From Selaginella moellendorffii (taxonomy: Eukaryota > Plantae > Lycopodiophyta): DNA of 64,000 nt. The notes beneath the pieces were generated by a model. It ran no database searches. It saw only the letters and a program-made list of their open reading frames with translations, and was not told the origin of the DNA. The DNA is taken from positions 749,955 through 813,954 of the forward strand of contig NW_003314275.1 in the NCBI RefSeq assembly GCF_000143415.4. The letters run 5' to 3'. Shown piece after piece: positions 12,692 to 25,747 of the stretch (positions are counted from its first letter, which is position 1; each line of letters begins with the position of its first letter). The translations under genes and the position numbers were made by a program.

Positions 12692-14146
12692 CTAGGGCTT
12701 AGTCTTTCTTTCCCGCCTTGGCCAGATTTTGGAGGAGCTCCATTTCTTGAGAAGGTAGCCGGCGCGCATGAGCTTGAGCACCGCTCTCCACTTGATCCTC
12801 TTCGCCGGCGGCATGAGCAGGATGCGCTGCTTGAGGGATCGAAGCTCCTCCAGGGTGCAAGCTTGCGGCAGGCGCTGGCGATGGATATTTCTTCCTTTGG
12901 CCGCCCGCGCCGCCAGATTGCCGCCAGGGACAGAGCGCTCGTCAAGGGCTCGGCTGCTCGATTCTAGGCCCGATTGTGGATGGAGAGATCCGGTTCTTGC
13001 AGATTCTAGGCGCGATTGAGGACGGGAGGCTTCTTTCTTTGGCGATCGAGCTGGTTTTTGGGACGATTGTGGAGATCTCAGTCCATCCGGGCAGGATTGG
13101 GGCAAATCGTCTCCCTTGGTGATATTGCCTTGGAGCGAGCTCCATGCGTGGGAATCGGCCCAGGGCAAGCGATCGAAGCTCTTCTTGGCACGTCTGTGGA
13201 GGCCGCTTTTGAGGTATGCCGCGATCAGGGCCACGGCAAGCTCCATCTCTTGCTGCGGCATCCGGTCGAGCAGATCTTTTGCGCGCGTGAGATTTCCGGC
13301 ACGGAGATACGCGTGGAGCATCGCGGCCCATGCCACCTTGTTCCTCAGCGGCATCCTCTGGAACAGCCTCTCAGCCCGGCCAAGCTCGCCGTCCTTTGAG
13401 CGCAACTCGATCAAGGTACTCCAGGTCCCGGCGTTGTGGCAGGGCATCCGATCGAAGAGCGCGTGGACTCTCTGCAAATACCGGCGCTGGGCGAATGCCG
13501 CGATGAGGCCGAGCCACACCACCTCGTTGCGCTGCGGCATCTCCTGGAAGATCTTCTTCGCGTATTTCGGATCGCCATGGTCCGCATAGCCGAGCAAGAG
13601 CGTGTTCCATGACACGACGTTCCCGATCTCCATCGCCCGCAGCATCGTCTCCGCCGATTCCAGATGCCCATTCCGGGCGTAGGCCGCGAGCATCGCGTTT
13701 GAGCAGACAAGATCGCGGGCAGTGGCAGGGAAGCCGTCGAAGAGCGTCTTCGCCCTCTCGATCTGGCCGAGATGGCCCAGCGCCTCGATCACGGCAGTGC
13801 AAGCGATCACGGTCTTGTCCGGCATCATCTGGTAGAAGCTCGCGGCCAGCTCCACGAATCCATTCATGGCGTAGGCGCACGTCATGATGTTCCAGGAGAA
13901 GCGATTGGGCTCCTGGATTCGATCGAAGACGTAGCGGGCATCGTTCACGGAGCCACACTTGGCGTACATGTTGACGAGGAGATTGGCGAGATAGGTGCTG
14001 TGGCGGTGCTCGGTCTGATCGATCCGGGCGTGGACGCGCTTGCCGCCGGAGAGATCCTGGAGCTCCGCGCACGATCGTAGCAGCCGCGCGAAGCTGTCCT
14101 CCTTGGCTCGGTGGGCGATGCTGGATACCGAGCAAGCCCGGCTCAT
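12692..14146 (-). CDS. PLS-class pentatricopeptide repeat protein with S/P/R-rich C-terminal tail
   Basis: Intronless ORF; LANLLVNMYAKCGSVNDARYVFDRIQEPNRFSWNIM and repeated FDRMP..W motifs. First ATG 14146 (ORF track starts at GTG 14188). No E or DYW domain. Confidence 0.85.
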   Translation of the reverse strand: MSRACSVSSIAHRAKEDSFARLLRSCAELQDLSGGKRVHARIDQTEHRHSTYLANLLVNMYAKCGSVNDARYVFDRIQEPNRFSWNIMTCAYAMNGFVELAASFYQMMPDKTVIACTAVIEALGHLGQIERAKTLFDGFPATARDLVCSNAMLAAYARNGHLESAETMLRAMEIGNVVSWNTLLLGYADHGDPKYAKKIFQEMPQRNEVVWLGLIAAFAQRRYLQRVHALFDRMPCHNAGTWSTLIELRSKDGELGRAERLFQRMPLRNKVAWAAMLHAYLRAGNLTRAKDLLDRMPQQEMELAVALIAAYLKSGLHRRAKKSFDRLPWADSHAWSSLQGNITKGDDLPQSCPDGLRSPQSSQKPARSPKKEASRPQSRLESARTGSLHPQSGLESSSRALDERSVPGGNLAARAAKGRNIHRQRLPQACTLEELRSLKQRILLMPPAKRIKWRAVLKLMRAGYLLKKWSSSKIWPRRERKTKP

Positions 14147-14206
14147 CGATCTAGTTCTTCGCAAAGTCACTGGAGGTTTGAAGAACACGATGGTGGATGA
14201 TCATCA

Positions 14207-15946
14207 ATGGGGAGCTGCGAGGATCTCAGTCTCCAGCGTGATGCACTGGCACGGCGGCTGCGAGCTTGCTCGGATCTCCAGCTCGCCAGGCGCTTGCAGG
14301 CGATCGTGAGCGAGAGTTTCGGTTCTTCGCCGGATCTGCTGCTGGGGAACCTCGTGATCGATGCGTTCCGGCGTTGTGGCAGCGCAGAGGAGGCTCGCCG
14401 GGCATTCGACGATCTCGCGGCGCCACCCAATCTCTTCTCCTGGAACATCCTCATCTCTGCGTATGCCCAGAACGGGCATCTCCGCGAGGCGGAAGCGGCC
14501 TTTGAGGCAATGGATCAGAGGAATGTGGCATCGTGGAACGCGATGCTGTCGGGATTTTCTCAGGAACAGGAGCTGGATCGAGCGAAGGAGCTGTTCGATC
14601 TGATGCCCGAGAGAGACATCGTGTCGTGGACAGCGATGGTCAGCGCGTATGCCCAAGCCAGGGATCATCGTTACTTGGCTGCCGCGAAGGAGATCTTCGA
14701 TGCCATGCCCGAGAGGACGCTCGTCTCGTGCAATGCCATGCTCACGGCCTTGCTCAAGAACAGGAGGATGATCGAGGCCAGAGATTTTTTTCTCCAAGGG
14801 ATGCCCGAGACGAACACTCTAGGCTGGACTGCCATGGTTTCTTCGCTGGCTGGCATGGGAGACGTGATCCAGGCAAGATGCTTCTTCGACCGAATGCCGG
14901 AGATCACAGCTTTGGCCTGGAACTCGATGATCTCGGCCTACATCGCAGTGGACAGGCTCGACCAAGCGGAGGAAATCTTCCAGGGTGTGCCCGAGCACGA
15001 CTCTCCAAGCTCCACTGCGATGATCGCGGCTTACGGCGATGGTGGGGATGTTGGCAAGGCCAGAGAAGTGATGGATCGAGCTCCCAGAGATGATCTAGCA
15101 GTGAGAACCGCGATGCTGGTGGCTTATGCCCGGAACGGGTATATCAACTCCGCCAGAGAGATCTTCGATGCCCATGGCGTCGATCGGCGAGATGTGGCGA
15201 TGTGGAACGCGATGATCACCGCTCATGCCGAGCATGGCCAGATCGAAGAGGCCAAACGGCTGTTTGACGAGATCCCGGAGAGCAACGTCACAACTTGGAA
15301 CGCAATGATCACTGGCTATGCTACGAGCAGCCATTGGCGCGAGGCAACCAATATCTTCCACTCGATGCCGGAGAGAAACTTGGTTTCCTGGAACACCTTG
15401 ATCGGAGCTTACAACCGTGGCGGAGAGATCAACCAAGCTCGCAAGATCTTTGATTCCATGCCGGAGAGGAACACTTTCTCGTGGAACTCGATGCTGGCAG
15501 CGTTTGCTCGTCATGGCCGCGTTCTCGAGGCCTTGCTCCTTCTTCCAGAGATGAGCTCGCAGGGATTCTCGGCCGATCGCGTCTCCTTCCTTGGGATCCT
15601 CTCGGCTTGCAGCCACGGAGGAATGCCAGATCGAGCGCGCGAGCTGATGCTCTCGATCGATCTCTCGTATTTCGTGGAGCCGGCGGCCAAGCAGTATGGG
15701 TGTATCGTGGATCTCTTCGGGAGGGGAGGATCGCTCGAGGAATGCGAGGAGCTTGTCAAAGATTTGAGAGAAGGGGCGGAGAAGAGCGAGGCGTGGATGA
15801 TCTCGCTGCTGGGAGCTTGTAGAACACAGGGCGATTTGGAGCTTGGATCAAAGATTGTGAGGAAGTTGGCGGGCGAGATGGATTCGAGCTTGTATGTGCT
15901 CTTGTCCAACGCTTTGTCTAATAGTCCTGGTTTTACGCGAGGCTAG
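14207..15946 (+). CDS. PLS-class PPR protein ending early in the E domain (no DYW)
   Basis: 579 aa of tandem S-type repeats (FDxMPERxxVSWNAM), then FLGILSACSHGG..YGCIVDLFGRGG..W.SLLGACR..SLYVLLSN and stop. Confidence 0.92.
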   Translation: MGSCEDLSLQRDALARRLRACSDLQLARRLQAIVSESFGSSPDLLLGNLVIDAFRRCGSAEEARRAFDDLAAPPNLFSWNILISAYAQNGHLREAEAAFEAMDQRNVASWNAMLSGFSQEQELDRAKELFDLMPERDIVSWTAMVSAYAQARDHRYLAAAKEIFDAMPERTLVSCNAMLTALLKNRRMIEARDFFLQGMPETNTLGWTAMVSSLAGMGDVIQARCFFDRMPEITALAWNSMISAYIAVDRLDQAEEIFQGVPEHDSPSSTAMIAAYGDGGDVGKAREVMDRAPRDDLAVRTAMLVAYARNGYINSAREIFDAHGVDRRDVAMWNAMITAHAEHGQIEEAKRLFDEIPESNVTTWNAMITGYATSSHWREATNIFHSMPERNLVSWNTLIGAYNRGGEINQARKIFDSMPERNTFSWNSMLAAFARHGRVLEALLLLPEMSSQGFSADRVSFLGILSACSHGGMPDRARELMLSIDLSYFVEPAAKQYGCIVDLFGRGGSLEECEELVKDLREGAEKSEAWMISLLGACRTQGDLELGSKIVRKLAGEMDSSLYVLLSNALSNSPGFTRG

Positions 15947-16161
15947 AATTTTCACCCTATTAGGGTGTATTGGCGGCTTTTTCAAAAGTTTTAGGGCTTT
16001 GAGGAGGGAGAGGAAGCGCGCGGGGAGGGCGCGGGATTCCATTCACGATCGCTTCCCATGCCTCGGCAGTGGCTGGAATCCTCGATCGTCTCCGAGCGTT
16101 ACGACCGCCGCGGCTCACAGGTGGATTGCTTCAGGGTTTTGGGAGCGTGAGAGATTGGGCA

Positions 16162-19100
16162 ATGGGGGATCCCGAGCTCCAGGTGAAGTTTAATGCCGGC
16201 TTGGCGGCGGCGAGGAGAGTGGCTGCGCTGATTGTAGGGCAGCCATTTTGCGCCTCGGATTGCATAAAGGCCGAGAATCCACTAGATGATATGAAGATTT
16301 CTTTGAGGTCAGTCAGAGAAGTCCCCAGTATCGGTGAGAGAAGTGAGAATGGGCTGCTTGTCGAGGAGCAAGGGAAAGTTTGCGAAGAAGATGAATGCCA
16401 AGAAGAGAAAGTCTCACCGCAAGCACACGTCAAGGAGGAAATCCGGTGTGAAGAACAAGTCGATGGAAACAGCTGCGAGATCATACGAGTAGATGCGGAT
16501 CAAGAAAAGAGCTGCGAACTTGTAGAGAAGGAAGACAAAGCTTGCGAAGTCCAGCGGTAAATTCGAGCTCCTAATTTTGTATTGTTTCGTGATTGACTTT
16601 TTACTAGCAGGGAAGAAGGAGATGGCGGAGTTGAAAAAAACAGCTCGGAAGACGAGTACGATGGCGATGGATACATGTCCGAGAGTTCCAGTGAGGTACT
16701 TCTAGTGTTTCTTGTCGTTCATCAATGATACTTATGTTTGATGTTCAGGGCTCAAAGTCTGACGAGGAAGTCACAAGGATGATCGATTGGCTGGTGGAAA
16801 TTGAAAGTGAGGTTTGTATCCTTTTGTTTTGTCATCCAATAGCTGGCTTATCTGTGATGTTATCAGTCAGCGGACGCTCAAGAACATTTGGAAGACGAAA
16901 GTGTAAAGAAAGTGGAGGAGGAAGTCAGGCTGGAGTTGTCTGAAACACTCTCTGGACAAGAAGTAAGAAATTTGGATGCAAGGAAAAAAAGCTCATGGAC
17001 ACCATTTTGTTGGTAGCTGGATATGGCAGTTTCTTGTGAAATGGCGGACTACGTTTCCATATGGAAAAAAACGCTTTTGGAGCTTGAAGAGGAGAGTGCA
17101 AAGCTTCAGGTTGATTACAGAGCTATTTGTGCTATTGTGATACTGAACCGTCTTCTCCAGGACCGGCTTGAAGATGCCGGTGTGTCTCTACCGGATTTAT
17201 TCAAAGCTATTGAAAAGCAGGCTGCTGAAGGGTGTATGACGGACACTTGGAGAAACCGGGCTCACTGGGCTGGTACTCAGGCACCTGAAGATTTTGCGGA
17301 AGTGCTTCATTCTGCCGAGAAAGATTTGGATGCTCTGCGGCCGGTTATAAGGTTCGTTTTTTACGCATACGGAGCTGATCTAACCTGTGAGATATTAGGC
17401 GCCGAGGCAAACTTGTAGAGGAAGGTGCAAGCGGTTTTCTGGAAAGAAAAGTGAACGACGTCGATACTGTAAAGGGCTCCACTGGGTGGGAAGCTTTTGA
17501 TAGTGCATTCCAGCCAAAACTGAGCGCAGTTAGCTTGTTCGAGTCAAAAAAATGGGCTGCGGTTTACTCCGCCTCGACCCCGGAGCAAGCAGCGCGATTG
17601 GGCTTAAAGTTCCCAGGCGTTGACAAGGTATAATGTCTTGAAACGTCAGAAACTAACCTTCTCATGTCAGGTTGACGATATTGCGGACATAGATCAACAT
17701 GTTGGGATGGAGGCGGCCGCTTTGGCCGAAGAGAGTGAGTTCGGTCTTACGGAGCATCAAAAGAAGACTATGAAGCGGGTATTCATTCCTTTTATTTACT
17801 TCACGTACTGACGCAACCTGCAAGCAGGTTAGAGAAGAGGATGATGTGCGGCAGATGCAGAAGAAAATTGGTGCCAGACGTGTCAGGGCAATGGCTTCAC
17901 AAGTGAAGTCATCAACAAGTGACGTTAATATTATAACCGAGCCTCCTGCAGTACTATCCAAATTGCAGCCCGATACCATTGATCTGGGGACTGCAGGGGA
18001 CCCGCAGAACACAGATGAATTGCGACTCGAAGAGGAGCAACGTCAGAGTCATGAGCGGCAAACAGGGACGGACCAGGCAGTCGCGGATAACGTGACAACT
18101 AGGAACCAGCCATTTATTAATGGAACGCCGTCGCGCAGCGAGGAAAAAGTGAAGAAAGGTGTGGCTCCAGCCAGGGAAGGAACGGATCATATACGCAATG
18201 CTAGCTCTTTTGGACGCCCAACCACAGATGGAACGGAGCCTATGCCCGTCTTCATGGAACAGACCGTCAGAGATAATGGAACACAGGCAGAGGCAGTCGC
18301 AGATGGAAGTCAATGCCATGACGAAGCAGTTGAAACTGAAGAATTCAAGGTTCTTAAAAGAAGTAACAGTTTTAAAGCCATTGGAGTGAGGACGAGCTCA
18401 GCGGGTTTCAATGATGCTAAAAAGCCGACTCCTTCGGTGGTCATTGTTGTCAGCGATGATGATGACGACGATCCACCTGCTGATTGTGGTTCGACTGCAC
18501 AACCGAGAACAGTAGACCAAGGCAAGGTGCCAAGTAAAGGTTAGCGCGTAATGCTATTCTCTTTAGTTTTAACTCTTGTTTCAGACGTCACTGCGCTGGA
18601 TGAAACGACTTCTCCGTTAAAGCCTTTGAAACGAGTGATTGAACATGGTTCTTCATCCAGATGCAAGAGAAAGCGTTGTTTCATGGTTAACAGTAGTGAA
18701 GATGAGGAAGATGCGACCTCGGCCAAGAAGGAACAATCGGGATTGAAAAGTGATCGTGATGAGCAAGAGGAAAGAAACTCAGACAGCTGCGATTTAAGTC
18801 AGAGTAAGCTGTCCGGGGATACCAGGAGAAGGTTGACGAGAGGAAGCAGGAGCTTCGGGTGCACAGTATGCGGCGAGATAATGTCGGCAAAAGACGTACT
18901 GTCGCATCCCGTTCTGAAAGTTATAATTTGCACCTCCTGTAAGCAACAGTATGATGATGGCCCGTTTCGGAAGGTAGGGTGTTCCTGGTTCTCTTTTTAT
19001 TTTTGCTGATCATATCAATTTCAGGATGAAGATGGCTCGGAAGCAGAATGTAGATGGTGTGGTGAAGGTGGAAGTCTGATTTGCTGCGATAGCTGCGACA

Positions 19101-22100
19101 AGGTTTTTTGCGAGTCTTGCATTGGGAGGAATTTCGGACCTGCGTTTTTGGAAAGCATAGAAGACATATCCTGGAGGTGCTACCTTTGCGATCCATCTCC
19201 TTTAGCAAGTTTGCAGCAGTGGCTGAAAGTAGCAGAAGAAGAAGCCTTAAAGGAATCACTAGCTAACTTGGACGTGAGGCGTAATCGGTATCTGTTTTTT
19301 TTTCTTTTTTCAACTGCACTCTAGTTAACCTCTCTTTTGTGCAGTAAAAGACAACGAAAGAACATTCGCAGGGTGCTGAGAGATGACGAATTGGACGAGG
19401 TTACGAAGCAGAAGTTGGCACTTGAAAAGGTATGCCCTCGAGAAATCTACCTATCATTTTCAATCACTGTTATTGTAGGAACGTCGAGAACGCCTAGCAG
19501 AATGGTATGCAGAAGCAAGAAAGGGGAAGTCTCTCTCTGGGAAAGCCGCCAACTCAGAGAAGGCTGTTGAAGGGACAGACGGAGACGATCATATCTGTGA
19601 AGGTGATTGCAAAACTGAGGGGTGCGTTATCAACATTGCTAGCAGGCAAACTGGTGAACCACTGGTTCGGATTCCTGCAAGTATATCGAAGCATTTAAAG
19701 CCACACCAGGTAATTACTTGAGGCGCATGAAGCTATTAACCTCCCGTTTATGCAACAGCTGTGTGGAGTCCGATTTATGTGGGACAACTGTATTGAGTCT
19801 GTGGAGAAAGTCAAATCCGGGGATGTAGGTTTGGGCTGCATACTTGCCCACAGCATGGGACTTGGAAAAACGCTGCAGGTTTGAGTTCTTAGAACTTCCA
19901 AGTTATGGTTGTTTTACCATCTTATTTACAGGTTATCGCTTTCTTGTACACGGTAATGAGAAACGTGGACTTGAACTTCAAAACCGTGTTGGTTGTGGTG
20001 CCCGTAAATGTTTTGCATAATTGGAAGCGTGAATTCGAGAAGTGGCGGCCTGCAGAAGTTGCGCCTCTGGAAGTGTCGATGCTAGATACTTCCAGGTACT
20101 TTCTCTTCGTCATCCTCATACAACTGTTGACGCTGCTACTCTATGCAGGGATAATGCAACTAGAGCGAGCCTTTTGAAATCCTGGAAGGAAAAGGGAGGT
20201 GTCATGCTTATTGGCTATGCAGCATTTCGGAATCTTTCGACGGGAAGTCACGTGAAGGACAAGGAAACAAGAGATACTCTATGCAAGTGCCTGCAGGTAT
20301 TTATTCTTTACTTGGTGTCCATGACGGTTATATTTGTGCTTGTATTATCTAGGATCCTGGCGCTGACATAGTTGTTTGTGACGAGGGTCACACCATTAAA
20401 AATGACAAGGCGGACATTACCATAGCACTCCAGCGAGTGAAATCTGGCCGCCGAATAGCCATGACAGGATCTCCTCTACAAAACAATCTGATGGAGTACT
20501 ATTGTGTAAGTATTCGATGCTGGTGTCATTATGTGGATTAATTGATCTTACAGATGGTTGACTTTGTGCGGCCTGGGTTTCTGGGTCCTCAAGCAATCTT
20601 TCGTAACAAGTAAGACTTTCGACTGCTGGAAAGTGGATGTTAATGAGGTCCTTTGCATGTAGGGTCCAGAATCCAATAGCAAATGGTCAACATGCCGATT
20701 CTACTCCGGACGATGTAAAGAAGATGAAACGGACAGTGCATATTCTGCATAAACGTCTGAGCGGATTCGTGCAACGACGGGACATGACTGTCTTAAAAGA
20801 TGAACTCCCTCCAAAGTGCGTATGGGTGATCTCTGTCCGCCTGTCTCCCTTGCAGAAACAGCTATACAAAAAGTTTTTGAGCTTATGCGAAACTGGGAGG
20901 AGCAAACTCTTCGATCACTACCATGTTCTAGCCAAGGTAATAACTGAAGTCCGATCTCAACGAGCTCATGGTTTTTCTTACAGATATGGAACCACCCGGA
21001 TTTGCTAGCTATTGCAAAAGAGCAACGATTGAACGAGGAGTTTATTGTAGACTCGGAAAAAGAAGATAGCGCCGAGAATGGACAAGGTGCAATGGATTTT
21101 TACTCCTAAGTTGGTTCTGACTACTCTTTTTTTCTTTTCTGGCCCAGGATGTCCAAAGCGGGCTTCCCCTGAGGTAAGTATATTCGCAGTTTTTTTATCT
21201 TGGAACTGACTGTAGTTTATTCAGGCTGATAGTTTCGAATGGTGTGAAGAGATTCTTAAAGAGTCAAAGCGGGATGTTTTAGAAAACAGTGGAAAAATGG
21301 TCCTAATTATGACACTGCTCTCACTGAACTCGTCGCGAGGTGAAAAGACTCTAGTATTCAGCCAGAGTTTGCACACGCTCGATTTGATTGAAAATTTCTT
21401 GGATACAATTCCACTTGGAGGTAGCCAAGATGTTTGGAACAAAGGGAAAGAATGGCTAAGGTACACTCTTGTTCATTTCTCTGGCCATCTATAAAATCTT
21501 GGCAAATGCACAGGCTCGATGGCAACACAACTGCGAGTCGGAGGCAGCAGATAGCGGACATTTTCAACGATCCTAACAACACAGCTATTAAGTGTCTTCT
21601 AATTTCTACCAAGGCTGGCTCGCTGGGTACTAATATGACCGGCGCTAACCGTGTCATCATAGTTGATGGGTCCTGGAATCCTACTCACGATTTACAAGCT
21701 CTTTTTCGAGCATGGAGGTACTTATTTGAAATCTTCTTCAGATTTTGTGGTGTTCATTGGTTTTATTTAGATATGGGCAAACGAAGCCTGTGTTTGTCTA
21801 TCGATTGCTGGCGTACGGGACTATGGAAGAGAAAATCTACAATCGCCAAGTAAGCTTTACTGTTTAAGAGGCAAGTCTAATGTTCAACAATGACAGTTAA
21901 CGAAGGAAGGCATCGCTGCGAGAGTGCTTGACGCCCATCAAGTTGGCAGGCATTTAAACGCAGACGACCTGGAGCTTATGTATACTTTGGATGACGATGA
22001 CGACGAGGAGGGAACTCAATTGGCCGGAACCGAGCAGCAACAGCAGCCTGGTGCCAAGGGTCAGAAGCCCAAGCACAAAACGTTTTTTGTGCCCTCTGAC

Positions 22101-22592
22101 GCCCCTCCACGAGATGATCACATGGCGATGCTTCTCTTGGACTTTAGGCCACAGTATGGCTCTCCTTTTCTGATCGAATTCTTAGTAAGTTCACTTTTTT
22201 CGCTTTTATGTTCACGCAGGTGGATTGCGCAGTATCACGAACACGAGCCCCTGTTAGAGGACTTGGAGGAGGAGAAACTGACACCAGAAGAGATGAAGAC
22301 GGCTTGGGACGGGTATATAATTGAACACGAGCTGCAGAATCGACAGATACCAAGCCAATCCCCGACGAACTATCCACCACAGTCGCAATATCCAGCCAGC
22401 AGCACCGATGTTCGTCCTCCTTTCACTGCGACTCCCTCCAAGGCAGCTTGCAACGACGTTTATCACGCCAGCCTTTTGGCATCACTGTCCATTCCCGTTG
22501 GTGGTTCCGTGGCTTGTGGTAAGTGCCTGCAGAGAGTTCGATGGGAAAATCTCGGAATTCCCGATTTCAACAAGCAGCAGCAGCAGCAGTAG
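16162..22592 (+). CDS. ATRX: ATRX-like SNF2 chromatin remodeler (ADD zinc finger plus helicase), multi-exon
   Basis: ADD: [45 protein letters not shown]. Helicase: [52 protein letters not shown]. Many short GT-AG introns. Start codon tentative. Confidence 0.93.
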
Positions 22593-22603
22593 CAGTAGCA
22601 GCA
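22573..22603 (+). repeat. (CAG/TAG)n microsatellite spanning the ATRX stop
   Basis: cagcagcagcagcagtagcagtagcagca; poly-Q then TAG. Confidence 0.8.
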
Positions 22604-22705
22604 TCACCACTTACAAAAGTACATATAACATTTTTTCTCGTAAAACTTTTCGCGACTTTAACTACAACCAACTTAAGTTTTCGACGCTTGTCGCATGGAG
22701 GAGGT

Positions 22706-22757
22706 GACACGTATGGTGACACGCGTTTGTACAGGTCGGTATAGTTTTCGGTATAAC
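22706..22757. promoter_or_regulatory. ABRE + CE3 + DRE/CRT cluster and TATA upstream of LEA gene
   Basis: On the minus strand: ACGTGTC (22706-22712), ACGCGTGTC (22718-22726), TACCGAC (22735-22741); TATAAC at ~22752. Confidence 0.65.
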
Positions 22758-22817
22758 TAGTCCTGAACTAAACCATCTTCTTTGCGTTTTCTTATCAGGA
22801 AAGCGGAGGTTATAGCG

Positions 22818-23351
22818 ATGGGGATTGACGATGGTGCAACTGCTGATGCTAACCGGCCACCACCCGCTACTATTGCAGGCGTAAGCGATTGTTTCTTTTT
22901 GGATTTTCGTTGATGGTTTGTTTTCTTTTCTCCATCAGGCTTTGAATTCGGCCTCTCAGTCGTTGGTGGGATCCAAGCCTCTCGAGGCCAGTGACATACA
23001 AAGCGCGGAAGCTCGAGCCACTGGAATTCCGGCCGGCGTGAAAGGTGGTGTCGGAGCTGCTGCGCAGCATGCAGTGGACAAAGGCGAGCCGGTTACAGTC
23101 GGAGACGTGCTTCGTGTGAGTATATCTCTTTTTGTGCTTTTCGCTGCGAAGGTACTTATCTTTTTGTTCTTCTTTTGGTCCTGCAGACACCAATTCCAAA
23201 GGGTGGTGACAAGATCGTCACGCAGGCTGATGCTTCACGAGTTCAGAGCGCCGAGCAGCGAAACAATCCCGACAGCGTCGTTTCTCCGGGTGGTGTCGCT
23301 GCGTCGATGCAGTCAGCCGCGGATCACAACAAGGCTGCAGGATACGCTTGA
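22818..23351 (+). CDS. Seed maturation protein (SMP / LEA D-34 family); exons 22818-22880, 22939-23115, 23187-23351
   Basis: Spliced product has KPLEASDIQSAEARATG..GGVGAAAQ and VTVGDVL..DKIVTQADASRVQSAEQRN..PGGVAASMQSAADHN. Confidence 0.9.
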
Positions 23352-25747
23352 AGGGAACGAGAAGAGAAAAGAGTTCCTTCGTCTTTAGGGGCTTTGGGAG
23401 GGATTCTTTCTTTTTCCTTTCCATGGTAGGAAACAGGCAGAGCAGAGACGACCATTGTCTGTGAGTAGCTGTTGGAAATCCAGAGGGGAAGTTTCGGAAA
23501 CGTGCTTTGTGCATTAGATGGCCAACTTCTCTCACTTTCATCACGAACACTTTGCCGCAGCGGAAGTGTAAGAAGAGAAAAAAAAAAGCGGGTCTCTTTC
23601 TCTTTTCTCTTCCACTCTGGCTTGGGAGCAGCGTTTTGTCACTTGATGCTTCAATACCATACTCGCGCAAAGGGGTTTAATTCTCGTGCGACGTTTCATT
23701 CAAGGATCAAAATCAGTCAGGAAGTCAGGAGGGGTCGCTGTTAGAAATGCCTTGAATGCCAAGAGGTGAAAATGAGATACTGGGGATTTTAAGCTCTCTC
23801 AATTCAATCACTTGAGTTACTACTGACCTGTCACAATATTCCCATCATTGGTTGCAAGGATTTGCCTTGCTACTTGTACTGTTACCTAGTGTTTTGTTTA
23901 GACATGTAGCTGTACCTCACAGGAGTTTAAATCCAAATGCTTCTGCATTAATAATGTCTATAACATGTCATGTTGTGCCTAGCCTAAGTAGTGCTATTTT
24001 CCTTCCTTTTTCTCCCTTTTGTTTCCCCATTTCTTAAAATACCCAGTGTCCTGTCTAGAAACATGCTTTGCTTCACATGACAATTCCTCAAGATTCCATG
24101 ACAAGAAGTTGAATCCAAGCAATGTTCCCTAGAACCACAAAGTTGCGTCTATTGCTGATGTAATGTGCTGCTTGTGATTCTTATTTCCATCTTATTTCTA
24201 GGGGGACACAAGATCAGATATGCCTTTTGACCAATCCAATGTTTATGACTTTGCTCACATCACCGCACATACACAAATCACCCCTCAAGAGCAAGAAATC
24301 TATTTGCTGCTGCCATGCCTGCCAAATCCAGTAGAAAATTCAAGAGAAATTTCAGGCTGAATGGATATCCAGCTTTAGTCCAGCACAGACCAAGCCTTAC
24401 CAGCATCTGCTGCAATTTGCAGATCTTTTTTTTCTTCTCTCAAGCATGATCAAGCAAGATCTTGAGAGAGGAGGTGACTGCAATTGCATTCTCTTGGTTG
24501 GTGAGCATAGGATATCAGAAATTCAATTGCAGTCTGCTGCATGCAGCCAGCCATGTGTTTGCGTGCACCTAAAAGCCTGAACTTTTTCCAGATGATTGGT
24601 TTGGTGATTGGTGTCCTCCTTTGAACAAACTTTCAGTACTCTTTTCTTTCTTCTGCCGCGCAGTTCTTTTTTACTCATTTTTTTTCCCGCTAGGGAATAC
24701 TTGCTCTTGTGAAACTGGAGGTGGTGGATCAATCAGTCAAGAACAGTGGTCACATTGAGGTTGATCTTTGGATTGGAGGTCACACAAGAGACAAAGGGGG
24801 CTGTTCCTCTCCCCCTCACAATCACAGTTGCCAAATCCTGGAATGTATTTAGACAGGACAGGGTTTGAATCAGAAACATGTTATGTTAGCCTCACTCAAA
24901 ACATGTCTCCTGACAAATCACTCAAAAACTATTCCGCTCTTTTTTATATTTTCTCTCTTTTATTTCGTTTTCATCACTTATATTATTTTTCCACACATAA
25001 AATAAAAGGCATTCTCAGGTGTGGAATTGGTTTTTGCCCATTTTCAAATCTAGGCCATTGGATCAAGCCGGCCGACGGTCCGGATCTCGTCCCAACCCAC
25101 CTGACTTCCCGTGCCCGTTGACCACCCAATCCGCGCCGTCGGATCGCCAAGTACACGGCGGATTCACGTGCTACGTGTCTCATTTCTACTGCCGCTTAGC
25201 TCCAGTGGCACTGTGGATCGTTGGATGGTCCACGCCACAAAAACAAAGGCATGAGCTGTGAAAACATTGGTTTCTTTTTATTCTTCTTTTTTGTGTGGGG
25301 GAGGAGCGAGCGAGCGAGCCACTGCCATCAAGGCCGATCGCAAACAAAGGAGAGAGGAAATTTTTCTAGATGGCGCGGGAGAAAGGAGAGAAAAGGAATG
25401 TAGCAGCTTTCCAGTGTCGATCCATGGAGTTTTTTTTCTCCTCCTTTTCCAGAGTGGTCTCTTGATGGTTCCATCCCATAGGCGCCTTCCATTTGTTTTC
25501 TTTCGCTCCACTGTTTGGGATTTTTTTGTGATCGCCCACTACTCATCCTCGATTTGTTCTCGTTTTTTTTTTCTTGTGGGTTCCCTCAAAAGCTGGAATT
25601 GTCACCGCCCACCAGATGGATCATCCCAGCAGATGAGGATCCAGTTCTCCTCATTCCTCCATCTTAGTTTTAAGCTCTTTCTTCCACCAAAGATCATTAA
25701 CAAGGTTAGGTAGTGTTCTTCCAGTGATCGAATCCACGCGAGGGAGA

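Noticed and set aside
16817-16866. GTATCCTTTT in an ATRX intron as a U12 donor
   Set aside because: No U12 branch site; the ordinary GAG|GTTTG..CAG splice already gives the expected protein.
24900-25185. AuxRE TGTCTC and G-box upstream of the FORKED-like gene
   Set aside because: Isolated hexamers are expected by chance.
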